From Macrostomum lignano (Eukaryota), in the NCBI GenBank assembly GCA_002269645.1, contig NIVC01004777.1, positions 1-35,214 of the forward strand: DNA of 35,214 nt, written 5' to 3'. The position numbers and the translations under genes are program-made. Positions 1-13,340 of this stretch are shown one piece after another (position 1 is the stretch's first letter; every line of letters begins with the position of its first letter). Below the pieces are notes generated by a model, which made no database searches, was not told the DNA's origin, and was given only the letters and a program-made list of their open reading frames with translations.

Positions 1-420
1 AATCTCACCTGGTCTACTCTGACTGTCAGGCTGGAATCTCACCTGGTCTACTCTGATATTCAAGCTGGAATCTCACCCGGTCTACTCTGATATTCAAGCT
101 GGAATCTCACCCGGTCTACTCTGATATTCAAGCTGGAATCATCCACCCGGTCTACTCTGATATTCAAGCTGGAATCTCACCTGGTCTACTCTGATATTCA
201 AGCAGGAATCTCACCTGGTCTACTCTGATATTCAGGCATGAATCTCACCTAGTCTACTCTGATATTCAAGCTGGAATCTCACCCGGTCTACTCTGACTGT
301 CAGGGTGGAATCTCACCCGGTCTACTCATATATTCAAGCAGGAATCTCACCCGGTCTACTCTGATATTCAAGCTGGAATCTCACCCGGTCTACTCTGATA
401 TTCAAGCAGGAATCTCACCC
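1..420. repeat. 34-bp minisatellite (GGAATCTCACCCGGTCTACTCTGATATTCAAGCT), about 12 copies, truncated by window start
   Basis: Unit read directly, with minor variants. Confidence 0.95.
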
Positions 421-996
421 AGCAGCAGTCAGCTGGGCCGCAGTTGTCCCTGTCCCGCAGATAATAAGACCAATAGGCAGCCTGGAACACAGGTAAGCCA
501 GTGGGAACAGGAACCTGCTGCAATAGTCCAACTTATTCACCTTGGATTTCTGTAGCACCAGCTGCGCATCTTCCTGGTCCGCTCCTCGACATCAGCATGT
601 CCTCCAGGCCGTTCGGACTGCCAGCCGCAGGCGCAGCCGGCCGTGCGCGCAGGAGCGCCTTCGACGTCGCGACGGCTGCTCGCCGAGCTCTTTCTCGTGC
701 TGCCGAGTGAGGAAGCTGGCAGCGGCGAATTCCATGAGCGCGCGATGACGAACATGAGGCTGGCCATCATGAACAGGTCGATAGCCTTCACGTAGCTCAC
801 CCTGGCATCCCCGTCATCTGGGCCGGCGTTCTGCGTCACCACAGCCAGCACTGTCAGGAAAGCGATGGTGACCCGGGCAGGAGTAGCCCGGACGTCGATC
901 CAGAAGCTGATCCAGCTGATGCACACCATCAGGGTGAATGGGGCATAGGTGTTCATCAGGTAGAAACCGTAGGCGCCATCTGAGTCTGACATTAGC
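419..996 (-). CDS. Cys-loop ligand-gated chloride channel, exon 4 (M1-M4); contains frameshifts
   Basis: M1 YGFYLMNTYAPFTLMVCISWISFWID, M2 ATPARVTIAFLTVLAVVTQN, M3 SYVKAIDLFMMASLMFV and M4 KLDYCSRFLFPLAYL-FQAAYWSYYL are recovered across frame changes. Acceptor AG at 998-997. The 3' end is ambiguous: either a donor GT at 418-417 or read-through into the repeat. Confidence 0.85.
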
Positions 997-1133
997 CTGT
1001 CGGCGGTGAGTGGGGTTCTGGTAGCTTTAGTAAGAGATTCTTATTAGACCTCCTTAGGATCAAGGAATAACTTTTTGAAAAAGAACTAATTAACATGTTT
1101 AAAGCCTTGTGTATTGATAGTAACTCAGAAATT

Positions 1134-2660
1134 CCCTATTGGCATCTCAGCAACTCCCATTGGCATCTCAGCACTCTTCATTGGCATCTCAGCAACTCCC
1201 AATTGGCATCTCAGCAACTCCCCATTGGCATCTCAGCAACTCCCCATTGGCATCTCAGCAACTCTTCATTGGCATCTCAGCAACTCTTCATTGGCATCTC
1301 AGCAACTCCCCATTGGCATCTCAGCAACTCGCCCATTGGCATCTCAGCAACTCTTCATTGGCATCTCAGCACTCGCAATTGGCATGTCAGCAACTCCGCA
1401 TTGGCATCTCAGGCAACTCTTCATTGGCATCTCAGCAACTCTTCATTGGCATCTCAGCAACTCTTCATTGGCATCTCAGCAACTCTTCATTGGCATCTCA
1501 GCAACTCCCTATTGGCATCTCAGCAACTCCCCATTGGCATCTCAGCAACTCCCCCTTGGCATCTCAGCAACTCCCCATTGGCATCTCAGCAACTCCCATT
1601 GGCATCTCAGCAACTCCCCCTTGGCATCTTCAGCAACTCCCCATTGGCATCTCAGCAACTCCCCATTGGCATCTCAGCAACTCCCCATTGGCATCTCAGC
1701 AACTCCCCTTGGCATCTCAGCAACTCCCCCTTGGCATCTCAGCAACCCCAATTGGCATCTCAGCAACTCCCTTGGCATCTCAGCAACTCCCTATTGGCAT
1801 CTCAGCAACTCCCCATTGGCATCTCAGCAACTCCCCCTTGGCATCTCAGCAACTCCCATTGGCATCTCAGCAACTCCGCATTGCATCTCAGCAACTCCCC
1901 CTTGGCATCTCAGCAACTCCCTATTGGCATCTCAGCAACTCCCCATTGGCATCTCAGCAACTCCCCATTGGCATCTCAGCAACTCCCAATTGGCATCTCA
2001 GCAACTCCCTATTGGCATCTCAGCAACTCCCCATTGGCATCTCAGCAACTCTTTATTGGCATCTCAGCAACTCCCAATTGGCATCTCAGCAACTCTTTAT
2101 TGGCATCTCAGCAACTCCCCATTGGCATCTCAGCAACTCCCCCTTGGCATCTCAGCAACTCCCCATTGGCATCTCAGCAACTCCCCATTGGCATCTCAGC
2201 AACTCCCATTGGCATCTCAGCAACTCCCCCTTGGCATCTCAGCAACTCCCCATTGGCATCTCAGCAACTCCCCTTGGCATCTCAGCAACTCCCATTGGCA
2301 TCTCAGCAACTCCCATTGGCATCTCAGCAACTCCCCATTGGCATCTCAGCAACTCCCCATTGGCATCTCAGCAACTCCCCTTGGCATCTCAGCAACTCCC
2401 AATTGGCATCTCAGCGACTCCCCCTTGGCATCTCAGCAACTCCCTATTGGCATCTCAGCAACTCCCCATTGGCATCTCAGCAACTCCAATTGGCATCTCA
2501 GCAACTCCCCTTGGCATCTCAGCAACTCCTATTGGCATCTCAGCAACTCCCATTGGCATCTCAGCAACTCTTCATTGCATCTCAGCAACTCCCCATTGGC
2601 ATCTCAGCAACTCCCCTTGGCATCTCAGCAACTCCCCTTGGCATCTCAGCAACTCCCCCT
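1134..2660. repeat. About 22-bp minisatellite (TTGGCATCTCAGCAACTCCCCA) in intron 3 of the channel gene
   Basis: Direct tandem unit; it explains the three 500-590 aa ORFs, which cycle through the same three peptides. Confidence 0.95.
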
Positions 2661-2905
2661 GGTACTAATACGGGTGGAGCTGGCAGTGGACTCAATCAAG
2701 GACTCAAGTCGAGGCCGCGGCTGGCCGTGCGTTCAAGATCTGTTGATCCGGGACGATGAGCAAGTCACCAAAGCGGCCTTGCATTACCCTGTGCCTTACT
2801 GGCGAGGACAAGTGCGAGTTCGGCGTTTCGCCAACTGCCTTTGCCATTTAGGCATTGAGGCTGCAACCTGTGACGCTGCTCAGTGAACTTGACGGCATGT
2901 GGCAG
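2661..2905 (+). mobile_element. Possible degenerate 3' end of an RTE/RTEX-like non-LTR retrotransposon
   Basis: GC-rich unique segment translating as ...CVQDLL...YPVPYWRGQVRVRRFANCL..., which resembles RTE-type ORF2 C-termini from memory. It runs directly into a (GTT)n tail. Not database-verified. Confidence 0.35.
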
Positions 2906-2999
2906 TGGTTGTTGTTGTTGTTGTCTTTGTTTTTGTTTTTGTTGTTGTTGATGATGTTGATGTTGTTGTTGTCTTTGTTTTTGTTTTTGTTGTTGTTGA

Positions 3000-3054
<55 letters not shown>

Positions 3055-3061
3055 TTTGTGT

Positions 3062-3093
<32 letters not shown>

Positions 3094-3186
3094 GATGATG
3101 TTGTTTTTGTTGTTGTTGTTGATGATGATGTTGTTGTTGTTGTTGTTTGATGATGATGATGTTGTTGTTGTTGTTGTTGATGATGT

Positions 3187-3226
<40 letters not shown>

Positions 3227-3352
3227 AATGTTGTTTATTTTGTTGCTGTTGTTGTTGATTTTGTTGTCGTTGGTAATTTTTATGTTATTATTACTGTTGT
3301 TGTTGTTGTTGTTGTTGTTGTTGTCATTTTTGTTTTTGCTGTTGTTGCTGCT
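2906..3352. repeat. (GTT)n/(GAT)n microsatellite
   Basis: Direct; source of the poly-Leu/Val/Met ORFs. Confidence 0.95.
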
Positions 3353-3452
3353 GCGTCGAAAAGGCTCGCAAAGACTCTGAATTTCATACTCTTACAAATT
3401 CTCTATAATATCAGGCTTAGCCTCAATCTTCAGGCTAAAGCTGGTCTCTCAC

Positions 3453-3695
3453 CCTGAGACAGGCAAATTCTCCAGTAACTGAGAAGCTCTTTGTACAGCT
3501 CTGCACAAAGACGTGAGGCTGCGAGAATTCTGGGATCTGCAGAGCGTCATCCTCGAACGTGACATTGGCCCGGTGCCAGTGGAAACGGACTTCGCTGACT
3601 GAGCTGCCGTAGGCTCCGAGTTCGATTCGGCAGATCTGACAGTCCATGGGGAAGTCGCGCAGGTCCATCAGGCACCACAGGCGGACTTTCAGCTT
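3453..3695 (-). CDS. Cys-loop channel exon 3 (Cys-loop and loop C)
   Basis: KLKVRLWCLMDLRDFPMDCQIC gives the C-x13-C loop, and loop C is SCTKSFSVTGEFACL. Acceptor AG 3697-3696, donor GT 3452-3451; 243 nt, phase 0/0. Confidence 0.92.
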
Positions 3696-3736
3696 CTGGA
3701 TTGTTGGGGATAGGACTGCGGTGAATGGTGAATTCT

Positions 3737-4265
3737 ATTACTATTCGAATCCCAAATATAGTTACTATTCGAATCCCAATATAGTTACTATTCGAATCCC
3801 AAATATAGCTTCTATTCGAATCCCAATATAGTTACAATTCGAATCCCAAATATAGCTTCTACTCAAATCCCAATATAGTTACTATTCAAATCCCAATATA
3901 GTTTCTATTCGAATCCCAAATATAGCTTCTATTCAAATCCCAATATAGTTACTATTCGAATCCCAATATAGTTACTATTCGAATCCCAATATAGTTACTA
4001 TTCGAATTCCAAATATAGTTTCTATTCGAATCCCAATATAGTTACTATTCGAATCCCAAATATAGTTTCTATTCGAATCCCAATACAGTTACTATTCGAA
4101 TCCCAAATATAGCTTCTATTCGAATCCCAATATAGTTGCTATTCGAATCCCAATATAGTTACTCTCCGAATCCCAATACAGTTACTATTCGAATCCCAAA
4201 CATAGTTATCATTCGAATCCCAATACAGTTACTATTTGAATCCCAATATAGTTATTATTCAAACC
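3737..4265. repeat. 23/24-bp minisatellite (GTTACTATTCGAATCCCAATATA)
   Basis: Direct tandem unit. Confidence 0.93.
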
Positions 4266-4699
4266 CAATGCAACAAGCGTTTGAATCTCAACTGACTACC
4301 AATTTAGTTACTATAGTTACTATAGCTGATATAGTTCCTTTAGTTAATTGGGAAGCAGACACTGACCTGGGAAATTAAAAGATTTGCAGAGACGTTTTAA
4401 CCCGCAGCTTTTTAAAATCCTAGGCGCCGTTTAATACAGAGCAATTAAAAATGGCTAATCGTCGTGCTACACGATAATTATCGAATTGTGCACGATGTTT
4501 CTGGGTAGGGGGGGGGCTTCGGAAATCTTCTCACGAGCTCAAACATCGCTGTTCAGGATAGCCACAAAAACTGTTTGCTTGCACATTCTGGGCTTTACTA
4601 AAGTACATGTACAGTCTGGCTGCTCAGACTGAATCTCTTTGAGAAATACGAGTATTTGCCTGAGACAGGAAATTTCAGAGTTAGATTGAGAAATTAGAG

Positions 4700-5605
4700 A
4701 CGGAAAAGAGAAGAGAGAGAGGAGATAGAAGAGGAAGGGATAGGAAAGAGAGACAGGAGAGAGGGGAGAGAGAGGATATAGGGAGGAGAGAGAGGGGGGA
4801 GAGGAGAGAGAGGAAAGAAAGGAGAGAGAGGAGAGAGAGAAAGGAGAGAGAGGAGAGAGAGGAGAGAGAGAGAAAGGAGGGAGAGGAGAGAGAGAAAGGA
4901 GAGAGAGGAGAGAGAGGAGAGAGAGAAAGGAGAGAGAGGAGAGAGAGAAAGGAAAGAGAGGAGAGAGAGGAGAGAGAGAGAAAGGAGAGAGGAGAGAGAG
5001 AGAAAGGAGAGAGAGGAGAGAGAGAGAAAGGAGAGAGAGGAGAGAGAGGAGAGAGAGAGAAAGGAGAGAGAGGAGAGAGAGGAGAGAGAGAGAAAGGAGA
5101 GAGAGGAGAGAGAGAAAGGAGAGAGAGGAGAGAGAGGAGAGAGAGAGAAAGGAGAGAGAGGAGAGAGAGAGAAAGGAGAGAGAGGAGAGAGAGAGAAAGG
5201 AGAGAGAGGAGAGAAAGGAGAGAGAGAAAGGAGAGAGAGGAGAGAGAGAAAGGAGAGAGAGAGGAGAGAGAGAAAGGAGAGAGAGAGGAGAGAGAGAAAG
5301 GAGAGAGAGAAGAGAGAGGAGAGAGAGAGAAAGGAGAGAGAGGAGAGAGAGAAAGGAGAGAGAGGAGAGAGAGGAGAGAGAGAGAAAGGAGAGAGAGGAG
5401 AGAGAGAAAGGAGAGAGAGGAGAGAGAGGAGAGAGAGAAAGGAGAGAGAGGACAGAGAGGACAGAGAAAGGAGAGAGAGGAGAGAGAGGAGAGAGAGAAA
5501 GGAGAGAGAGGAGAGAGAGGAGAGAGAAAGGGGAGAGAGGAGAGAGAGGAGAGAGAGAAAGGAGAGAGAGGAGAGAGAGAAAGGAGAGAGAGGAAAGGGA
5601 GAGAG
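4700..5605. repeat. GA-rich polypurine simple repeat
   Basis: Almost exclusively G/A on the + strand; source of the Ser/Leu-rich ORF 4539-5609. Confidence 0.95.
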
Positions 5606-6202
5606 GCATTGTCAGTAAGCCGGCAGTGTTTGCTGAGCGGTCAGCCGACAGTGAACTGCAGACTGGGGCAGCACAGGCGGTTTCTGGCCATCCGGTTCTG
5701 GCAAAAATCTTATTCCGGTGTTTGCATTATTGAAAGCGAGCAAAATAATTTTTCTCTGATTTGGGAAATTTTAGGAAACGAGTGAAGCGCAAATAAAAGG
5801 CTGAAGTGTAGGGGTTTTGCGACGTGTTGGTTCAGGGAAGCGGCGGGCCGTAGGAACAACTACAGAACGCAAATCCTCTTATCCAAGTCAACTTGGAAGT
5901 TGTGGTAAACTGTCTCTGCCTTCTGTATATACAGGGTTCCTCTGTCATTGGCTTTAGGCAGTCCGGCCTTCGCGGGGGTGGTGTTAACGCTCCGGTGCCG
6001 GATTTCCTGCATTTTTTCTGCTCTCTGCTTGGAGAAGAGGGGAAGCCGATGAAAAAGTAATAAATTTTCCTGTCCATTTTACCGCCGATATTTGATCAGA
6101 CTTTTTTCTGCAACGCCTGAATGCTAAGAATGGAGAGGCAGGGTGACAAGGAAAATAATGAAAACGGGAGTGACAGACATTGTAGGGACTGTATAGGGTG
6201 AC

Positions 6203-6675
6203 AGATAGAGTAGAGTGACAGATACAGAAGAGTGACAGATACAGAAGAGTGACAGATACAGTAGTGACAGATACAGAAGAGTGACAGATACAGAAGAGTG
6301 ACAGAGATACAGTAGAGTGACAGATACAGAAGAGTGACAGATACAGAAGAGTGACAGATACAGTAGAGTGACAGATACAGAAGAGTGACAGAGATACAGT
6401 AGAGTGACAGATACAGAAGAGTGACAGATACAGTAGAGTGACAGATACAGAAGAGTGACAGAGATACAGTAGAGTGACAGATACAGAAGAGTGACAGATA
6501 CAGTAGAGTGACAGATACAGTAGAGTGACAGATACAGTAGAGTGACAGATACAGTAGAGTGACAGATACAGTAGAGTGACAGATACAGTAGAGTGTCAGA
6601 TACAGAAGAGTGACAGATACAGAAGAATGACAGATATATTAGAGTGACAGAGTGACAGATACAGAAGAGTGACAG
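6203..6675. repeat. 17/19-bp minisatellite (GTGACAGATACAGTAGA)
   Basis: Direct tandem unit. Confidence 0.92.
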
Positions 6676-7286
6676 GTGCAGTCCAGTGGCAGACATAGTA
6701 GAGTGACTGATGGTGTGAAGTGGTAGATGCAACAGGGTGACATACAATGTGGAAAGTCTCGCTATAAAGTAAAATTCTAATACACACGGAAACCAGGACC
6801 ACACAGACAGCAATAACCCAAGGCACTGAAGGCACTCACCATCAGCAGCTTTATCTGCACAGGTAATACAGTGGGAATGCCTTCAACAGTTTAGTACATT
6901 TAATACTGACTATATTCGAAATGCAGTGCCGATCCATTTGTAAATGATATCTAAGGCAGATTGTAAATTTTGGCACACAGGCTTACCACTAAGACAGATC
7001 CATCATTATTGCCCCCCGCCGCTAGTTAACTTCCACGCGGACCCCTACTGTGTTGTCAGTAGTCGAAAAATAATAAAGTTAGCTGTCTTGTACATATTGC
7101 AATTTTTTAAGATTGAACGCTGTTTTGCACGCAGCGGCGCCCTAGCTTTGTAGGGTAGACTTCTTCACCTGTTTCCTCAGAACAGAAAAGCCCATTTGCT
7201 GAAAAGCCAAAGCAACTGCGTGATGGTTAAGGGAACCTTTTTGGACCCATTCTGTAGCGAGACCAATATTGCGCTGGCGGTCAACT

Positions 7287-8037
7287 AAAGTACAAAGACT
7301 GTAGCTTCTGCTCTTTCACTAAAGTACAAAGACTGTAGCTTCTGCTCTTTCACTAAAGTACAATGACTGTAGCTTCTGCTCTTTCACTAAAGTACAATGA
7401 CTGTAGCTTCTGCTCTTTCACTAAAGTACAAAGACTGTAGCTTCTGCTCTTTCACTAAAGTACAAAGACTGTAGCTTCTGCTCTTTCACTAAAGTACAAA
7501 GACTGTAGCTTCTGCTCTTTCACTAAAGTACAATGACTGTAGCTTCTGCTCTTTCACTAAAGTACAATGACTGTAGCTTCTGCTCTTTCACTAAAGTACA
7601 ATGACTGTAGCTTCTGCTCTTTCACTAAAGTACAAAGACTGTAGCTTCTGCTCTTTCACTAAAGTACAAAGACTGTAGCTTCTGCTCTTTCACTAAAGTA
7701 CAATGACTGTAGCTTCTGCTCTTTCACTAAAGTACAATGACTGTAGCATCTGGTCTTTCACTAAAGTACAATGACTGTAGCTTCTCTCTTTCACTAAAGT
7801 ACAATGACTGTAGCATCTGGTCTTTCACTAAAGTACAATGACTGTAGCTTCTGCTCTTTCACTAAATTACAAAGACTGTAGCATCTAGTCTTTCACTAAA
7901 TTACAAAGACTGTAGCATCTGGTCTTTCACTAAATTACAAAGACTGTAGCATCTGGTCTTTCACTAAATTACAAAGACTGTAGCATCTGGTCTTTCACTA
8001 AATTACAAAGACTGTAGCATCTGGTCTTTCACTAAAG
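7287..8037. repeat. 34-bp minisatellite (AAAGTACAAAGACTGTAGCTTCTGCTCTTTCACT), about 22 copies
   Basis: Direct tandem unit; no spacers. Confidence 0.95.
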
Positions 8038-8408
8038 TCAACAGAAAAATTGCTATTTAGGCAATTGTCTGGTCTGGGAAATGCACAATCAGAATCCTAA
8101 ATAGAGTATTATGGCTCGTAGCTGCACAGCTAGGGTGGCAAAGGAATGCAAATTTTCAGTTGGCATTTTCCCGCATATCCATCTGCAACATCGGCAGCGC
8201 AGTGACTGCTGCAGAACCTGCCTTGCGAATCAAAAATCGATCGTTGCGCCAGTGACAAAAGACTGACTGCAAGGCTTGCTAATATTTGCAACAGGCCAAC
8301 ATTCTGTATAGAGATGCCCCCCCCCCCCCCCCGATACCATGGGGTCCAACCGTGCGGGGTGTCAAATATGAGTAGCTTTTGTGGGAGCTTCCGGATGAAA
8401 CGATAGAG

Positions 8409-9200
8409 GGGTTGGGATTGGATGCGATGGGATGGGAAGGGATTAAGATCGGGTGGAATGAGATCGGATGGGATGGGATGGGATGGGATCACATTGGATA
8501 GGATGGGAGGGGACGGGATGGGATGGGATTGGGATGGAATGGAATCGGGTGAGATTTTGATGGGATGGGATGGGATGGGATGTGATGGGATGGAATGGGA
8601 TGGGATGAGATGGGATGGAATGGGATGGGATGAGATGGGATGGAATGGGATGGGATGAGATGGGATGGAATGGGATGGGATGAGATGGGATGGAATGGGA
8701 TGGGATGAGATGGGATGGAATGGGATGGGATGGGATGAGATGGGATGGAATGGGATGGGATGAGATGGGATGGAATGGGATGGGATGAGATGGGATGGAA
8801 TGGAATCGGGTGAGATTTTGATGGGATGGGATGTGATGGGATGTGATGGGATGGAATGGGATGGGATGAGATGGGATGGGATGAGATGGGATGGAATGGG
8901 ATGGGATGAGATGGGATGGAATGGGATGGGATGAGATGGGATGGAATGGGATGGGATGAGATGGGATGGAATGGAATCGGGTGAGATTTTGATGGGATGG
9001 GATGGGATGTGATGGGATGGGATGGGATGTGATGGGATGGAATGGAATGGGATGGGATGAGATGGGATGGAATGGGATGGGATGAGATGGGATGGAATGG
9101 GATGGGATGTGACGGGATGGAATGGGATGGGATGAGATGGGATAGAATGGGATGGGATGAGATGGAATGGAATGGGATCGGGTGGGATGGGATGGGATGT
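8409..9200. repeat. (GGGAT/GGAAT/GAGAT)n pentanucleotide satellite
   Basis: Direct; source of the SHPIP-repeat ORFs. Confidence 0.95.
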
Positions 9201-9562
9201 GAGGATTTCAACTTGTAAACTGTCAAGTTTGGGCACAGCAAAATTGAATTCGCTGCTGTGTGAGAGCCCCGTAAGACACAAAGCTTTGGCTGCAGTTTTT
9301 CCGTGACGCGTTGTGAAAAAAATTGCTTGTGAAAGATCTTGCTTGGGGATGCAGTGTCTGCTTTGTAATGTTTGCAAAGCTAGTATATTATATCTAAAAG
9401 CCAATATCTAGCAAAGATGGCTCTGGCATCCGTGCCAGTTAATTTAATTATAATTATAAACCTTACAAAACCTTCACTGAATTGTAGAAGTGCGGCAGTA
9501 TGAAAAGAATGGAAAAAGTCAATTGTGATTTTCGGCATTGGCGGTGGAGTATTGGCGGTGGA

Positions 9563-10677
<1,115 letters not shown>

Positions 10678-10692
10678 TCAGGCTGAGTTCAC

Positions 10693-10989
10693 CTGTGAGA
10701 AGTAGATGCGCCCCGTCGGCCGCAGCTTGACCAGGATGTTGGGCACCGGATCAGCATGATTTTCCACCTGCTTTGCGTTGCGAAAGAAGATATCCGGCAT
10801 CCAGATTTTGTCTTTCATCGAGTGCAGACTGACGGAAGCGTTAGGATTGGAGGCTGAATAGGCCAAACGGGCATCCTCCCAGATCATGCGCAAGTAGATG
10901 TTCACGGTGAAGTCCATGTTCTGCACGCTCAGGGTGCTGAATGACACAATGTGCAGATTCACCAGCACGTCTGTGGCCGCCGAGCAATC
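10693..10989 (-). CDS. Cys-loop channel exon 2 (ligand-binding domain)
   Basis: DCSAATDVLVNLHIVSFSTLSVQNMDFTVNIYLRMIWEDARL...KIWMPDIFFRNAK...GRIYFSQ contains the WxPD motif. Acceptor AG 10991-10990, donor GT 10692-10691; 297 nt, phase 0/0. Confidence 0.9.
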
Positions 10990-11119
10990 CTTGAAGCATA
11001 TCAGTACCGAATTTTTAGTGCTGTGGTTCCGAAATAAATGTTTAAATTGTTGAAAGGAGTAACTTAGCCCCCAAACAAAGCATCAAATAAAATGTTGAAT
11101 CTGTGAAATGGGTGTTACT

Positions 11120-11980
11120 AAAATGAGCGTTTAAACTCTAAAAAGAGTGTTTAAACTCTGAAATGAGTATTTAAACTCTAAAATGAGTGTTTAAGCTCTG
11201 AAATGAGTGTTTAAACTCTGAAATGAGTGTTTAAACTCTGAAATGACTGTTTAAACTCTGAAATGAGTGTTTAAACTCTGAGATGAGTGTTTAAGCTCTG
11301 AAATGAGTATTTTAGCTCTAAAATGAGGTTTAAACTCTAAAATGAGGTTTAAACTCTGAAATGAGTGTTTAAACTCAAAAATGAGTGTTTAAGCTCTAAA
11401 ATGAGTGTTTAAGTTCTAAAATGAGTGTTTAAACTCTAAAAAGAGCGTTTAAACTCTAAAATGAGTGTTTAAGCTCTAAAATGAGTATTTAAGCTCTAAA
11501 ATGAGTGTTTAAACTCTGAAATGAGCGTTTTAAACTCTGAGATGAGTTTTTCAACTCTAAAATGAGTGTTTAAACTCTGAAATGAGTGTTTAAACTCTGA
11601 AATGAGTGTTTAAACTCTGAAATGACTGTTTAAACTCTGAAATGAGTGTTTAAGCTCTGAAATGAGTATTTTAGCTCTAAAATGAGGTTTAAACTCTGAA
11701 ATGAGTGTTTAAACTCAAAAATGAGTTTTTAAGCTCTAAAATGAGTATTTAAGCTCTAAAATGAGTGTTTAAACTCTGAAATGAGTGTTTAAACTCTGAA
11801 ATGAGCGTTTAAACTCTGAGATGAGTTTTTCAACTCTAAAATGAGTGTTTAAACTCTGAAATGAGTGTTTAAACTCTGAAATGGGGTTTAAACTCCAAAA
11901 TGAGTATTTAAACTCTAAAATGAGTGTTTAAGCTCTGAAATGAGTGTTTAATTTCAAGAGGGAGTGTTTAAGCTCCAAAA
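11120..11980. repeat. 20-bp minisatellite (AAATGAGTGTTTAAACTCTG)
   Basis: Direct tandem unit. Confidence 0.95.
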
Positions 11981-12083
11981 ATGGGGGCCAACCCTCCATG
12001 CCTCCTTGGCCAGCGCTTGCCTTATAAAGAGGTGACAAAAACTAACAATAGCTACAAGTGGCCAAAGTCAAGAGAGCAATTAC

Positions 12084-12296
12084 CTGGTGGTTCCGACTGT
12101 TGTTTGAAGCTGCCTGCCCAGTCCATCTGTTCAGTGGCCGGTGATTTTTGTTGTACTGTTTCGGGTCCAGCAGCGCTCCAACGATCTCTTCCTCATCAAT
12201 TGAATTGTTAACCGCGCAGGTCGCCTCGACAACAAGCAGCAATGATAAGCGGCCTTGCAAAATGAGCAACACCAGCAGCGGACGCATAGTTGACAT
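12084..12296 (-). CDS. Cys-loop channel exon 1 (signal peptide and N-terminal helix)
   Basis: Hydrophobic N-terminus MSTMRPLLVLLILQGRLSLLLVVEATC, then EEIVGALLDPKQYNKNHRP (Y-x-K-x-x-R-P). Donor CAG|GTAATT with GT at 12083-12082; 213 nt, joins exon 2 in frame. Confidence 0.85.
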
Positions 12297-12883
12297 GCGA
12301 ATAATTTTCGCTCCGCTGCTGACTCGTTGGAGAAGACAATATCGATTGAAGGGAATCCTACTGTGCGTGCTCTGGGAATATAAGTATAAAGAGGCTCCGG
12401 TCAGCCTTGTACAAGAGACAATGAAGTGCAGTGCCGCTTATGGCTTCAACCATTCAGATTTCTAATGAACTTGTTTAAGCAGACTGTCTTGGTGGCCTCG
12501 TGTGGTCCAATCGGTTCACAGAGGTTGCTTAATAAACACATGCCGAATGCCCCCCGGACTTAGCCAATAGGAGGAATGCTGACTGTTCATTGAGAGCGCA
12601 ACCCGGGCTTCCCCCAGTTTTCCCCTCCTATAGACTGATATACAGTGGCTCCTTTCAAGGCGACCCAGAACTAGAACTTGGACTAGCAGGTCTTCAGACA
12701 ATTTTAGGCTGAAAGTTTTCGACAAGTATTGACACTTTTAGTGATCAGGACTAGATATCTACGCCCCCGTAGGCCAGGGAACAAACAAAGAATATAATAA
12801 TTTTTTTAAAATAAACCACGTAGCTTTTGACCCCCCTTAAGACTTGATATTTCAGCAATTCCCCAAGTAAGTCTTGACATCTT

Positions 12884-13340
12884 GATGGAGTTTCGAGCTT
12901 GTGATGGAGTTTCGAGCTTGTGATGGAGTTTCGAGCTTGTGGTGGAGTTTCGAGCTTGTGATGAAGTTTCGAGCTTGTGATGAGTTTCGAGCTTGTGATG
13001 AAGTTTCGAGCTTGTGATGAAGTTTCGAGCTTGTGATGGAGTTTCGAGCTTGTGATGAAGTTTCGAGCTTGTGATGAAGTTTCGAGCTTGTGATGAAGTT
13101 TCGAGCTTGTGATGAAGTTTCGAGCTTGTGATGAAGTTTCGAGCTTGTGATGAAGTTTCAAGCTTGTGATGAGTTTCAGCTTGTGATGAAGTTTCGAGCT
13201 TGTGATGAAGTTTCGAGCTTGTGATGAAGTTTCAAGCTTGTGATGAAGTTTCGAGCTTGTAAATCGTGATGAAGTTTCGAGCTTGTAAATCGTGATGAAG
13301 TTTCGAGCTTGTGAATCGTGATGAAGTTTCGAGCTTGTGA
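12884..13340. repeat. 19-bp minisatellite (TTGTGATGAAGTTTCGAGC)
   Basis: Direct tandem unit. Confidence 0.95.

Noticed and set aside
1095-2886. Three 509-590 aa ORFs
   Set aside because: Translations of a stop-free 22-bp repeat in all three frames, inside an intron of the opposite-strand gene.
7287-8037. CRISPR array (34-bp repeats); same question for the 31- and 35-bp arrays
   Set aside because: Units are head-to-tail with no unique spacers, no cas genes, and a eukaryotic context.
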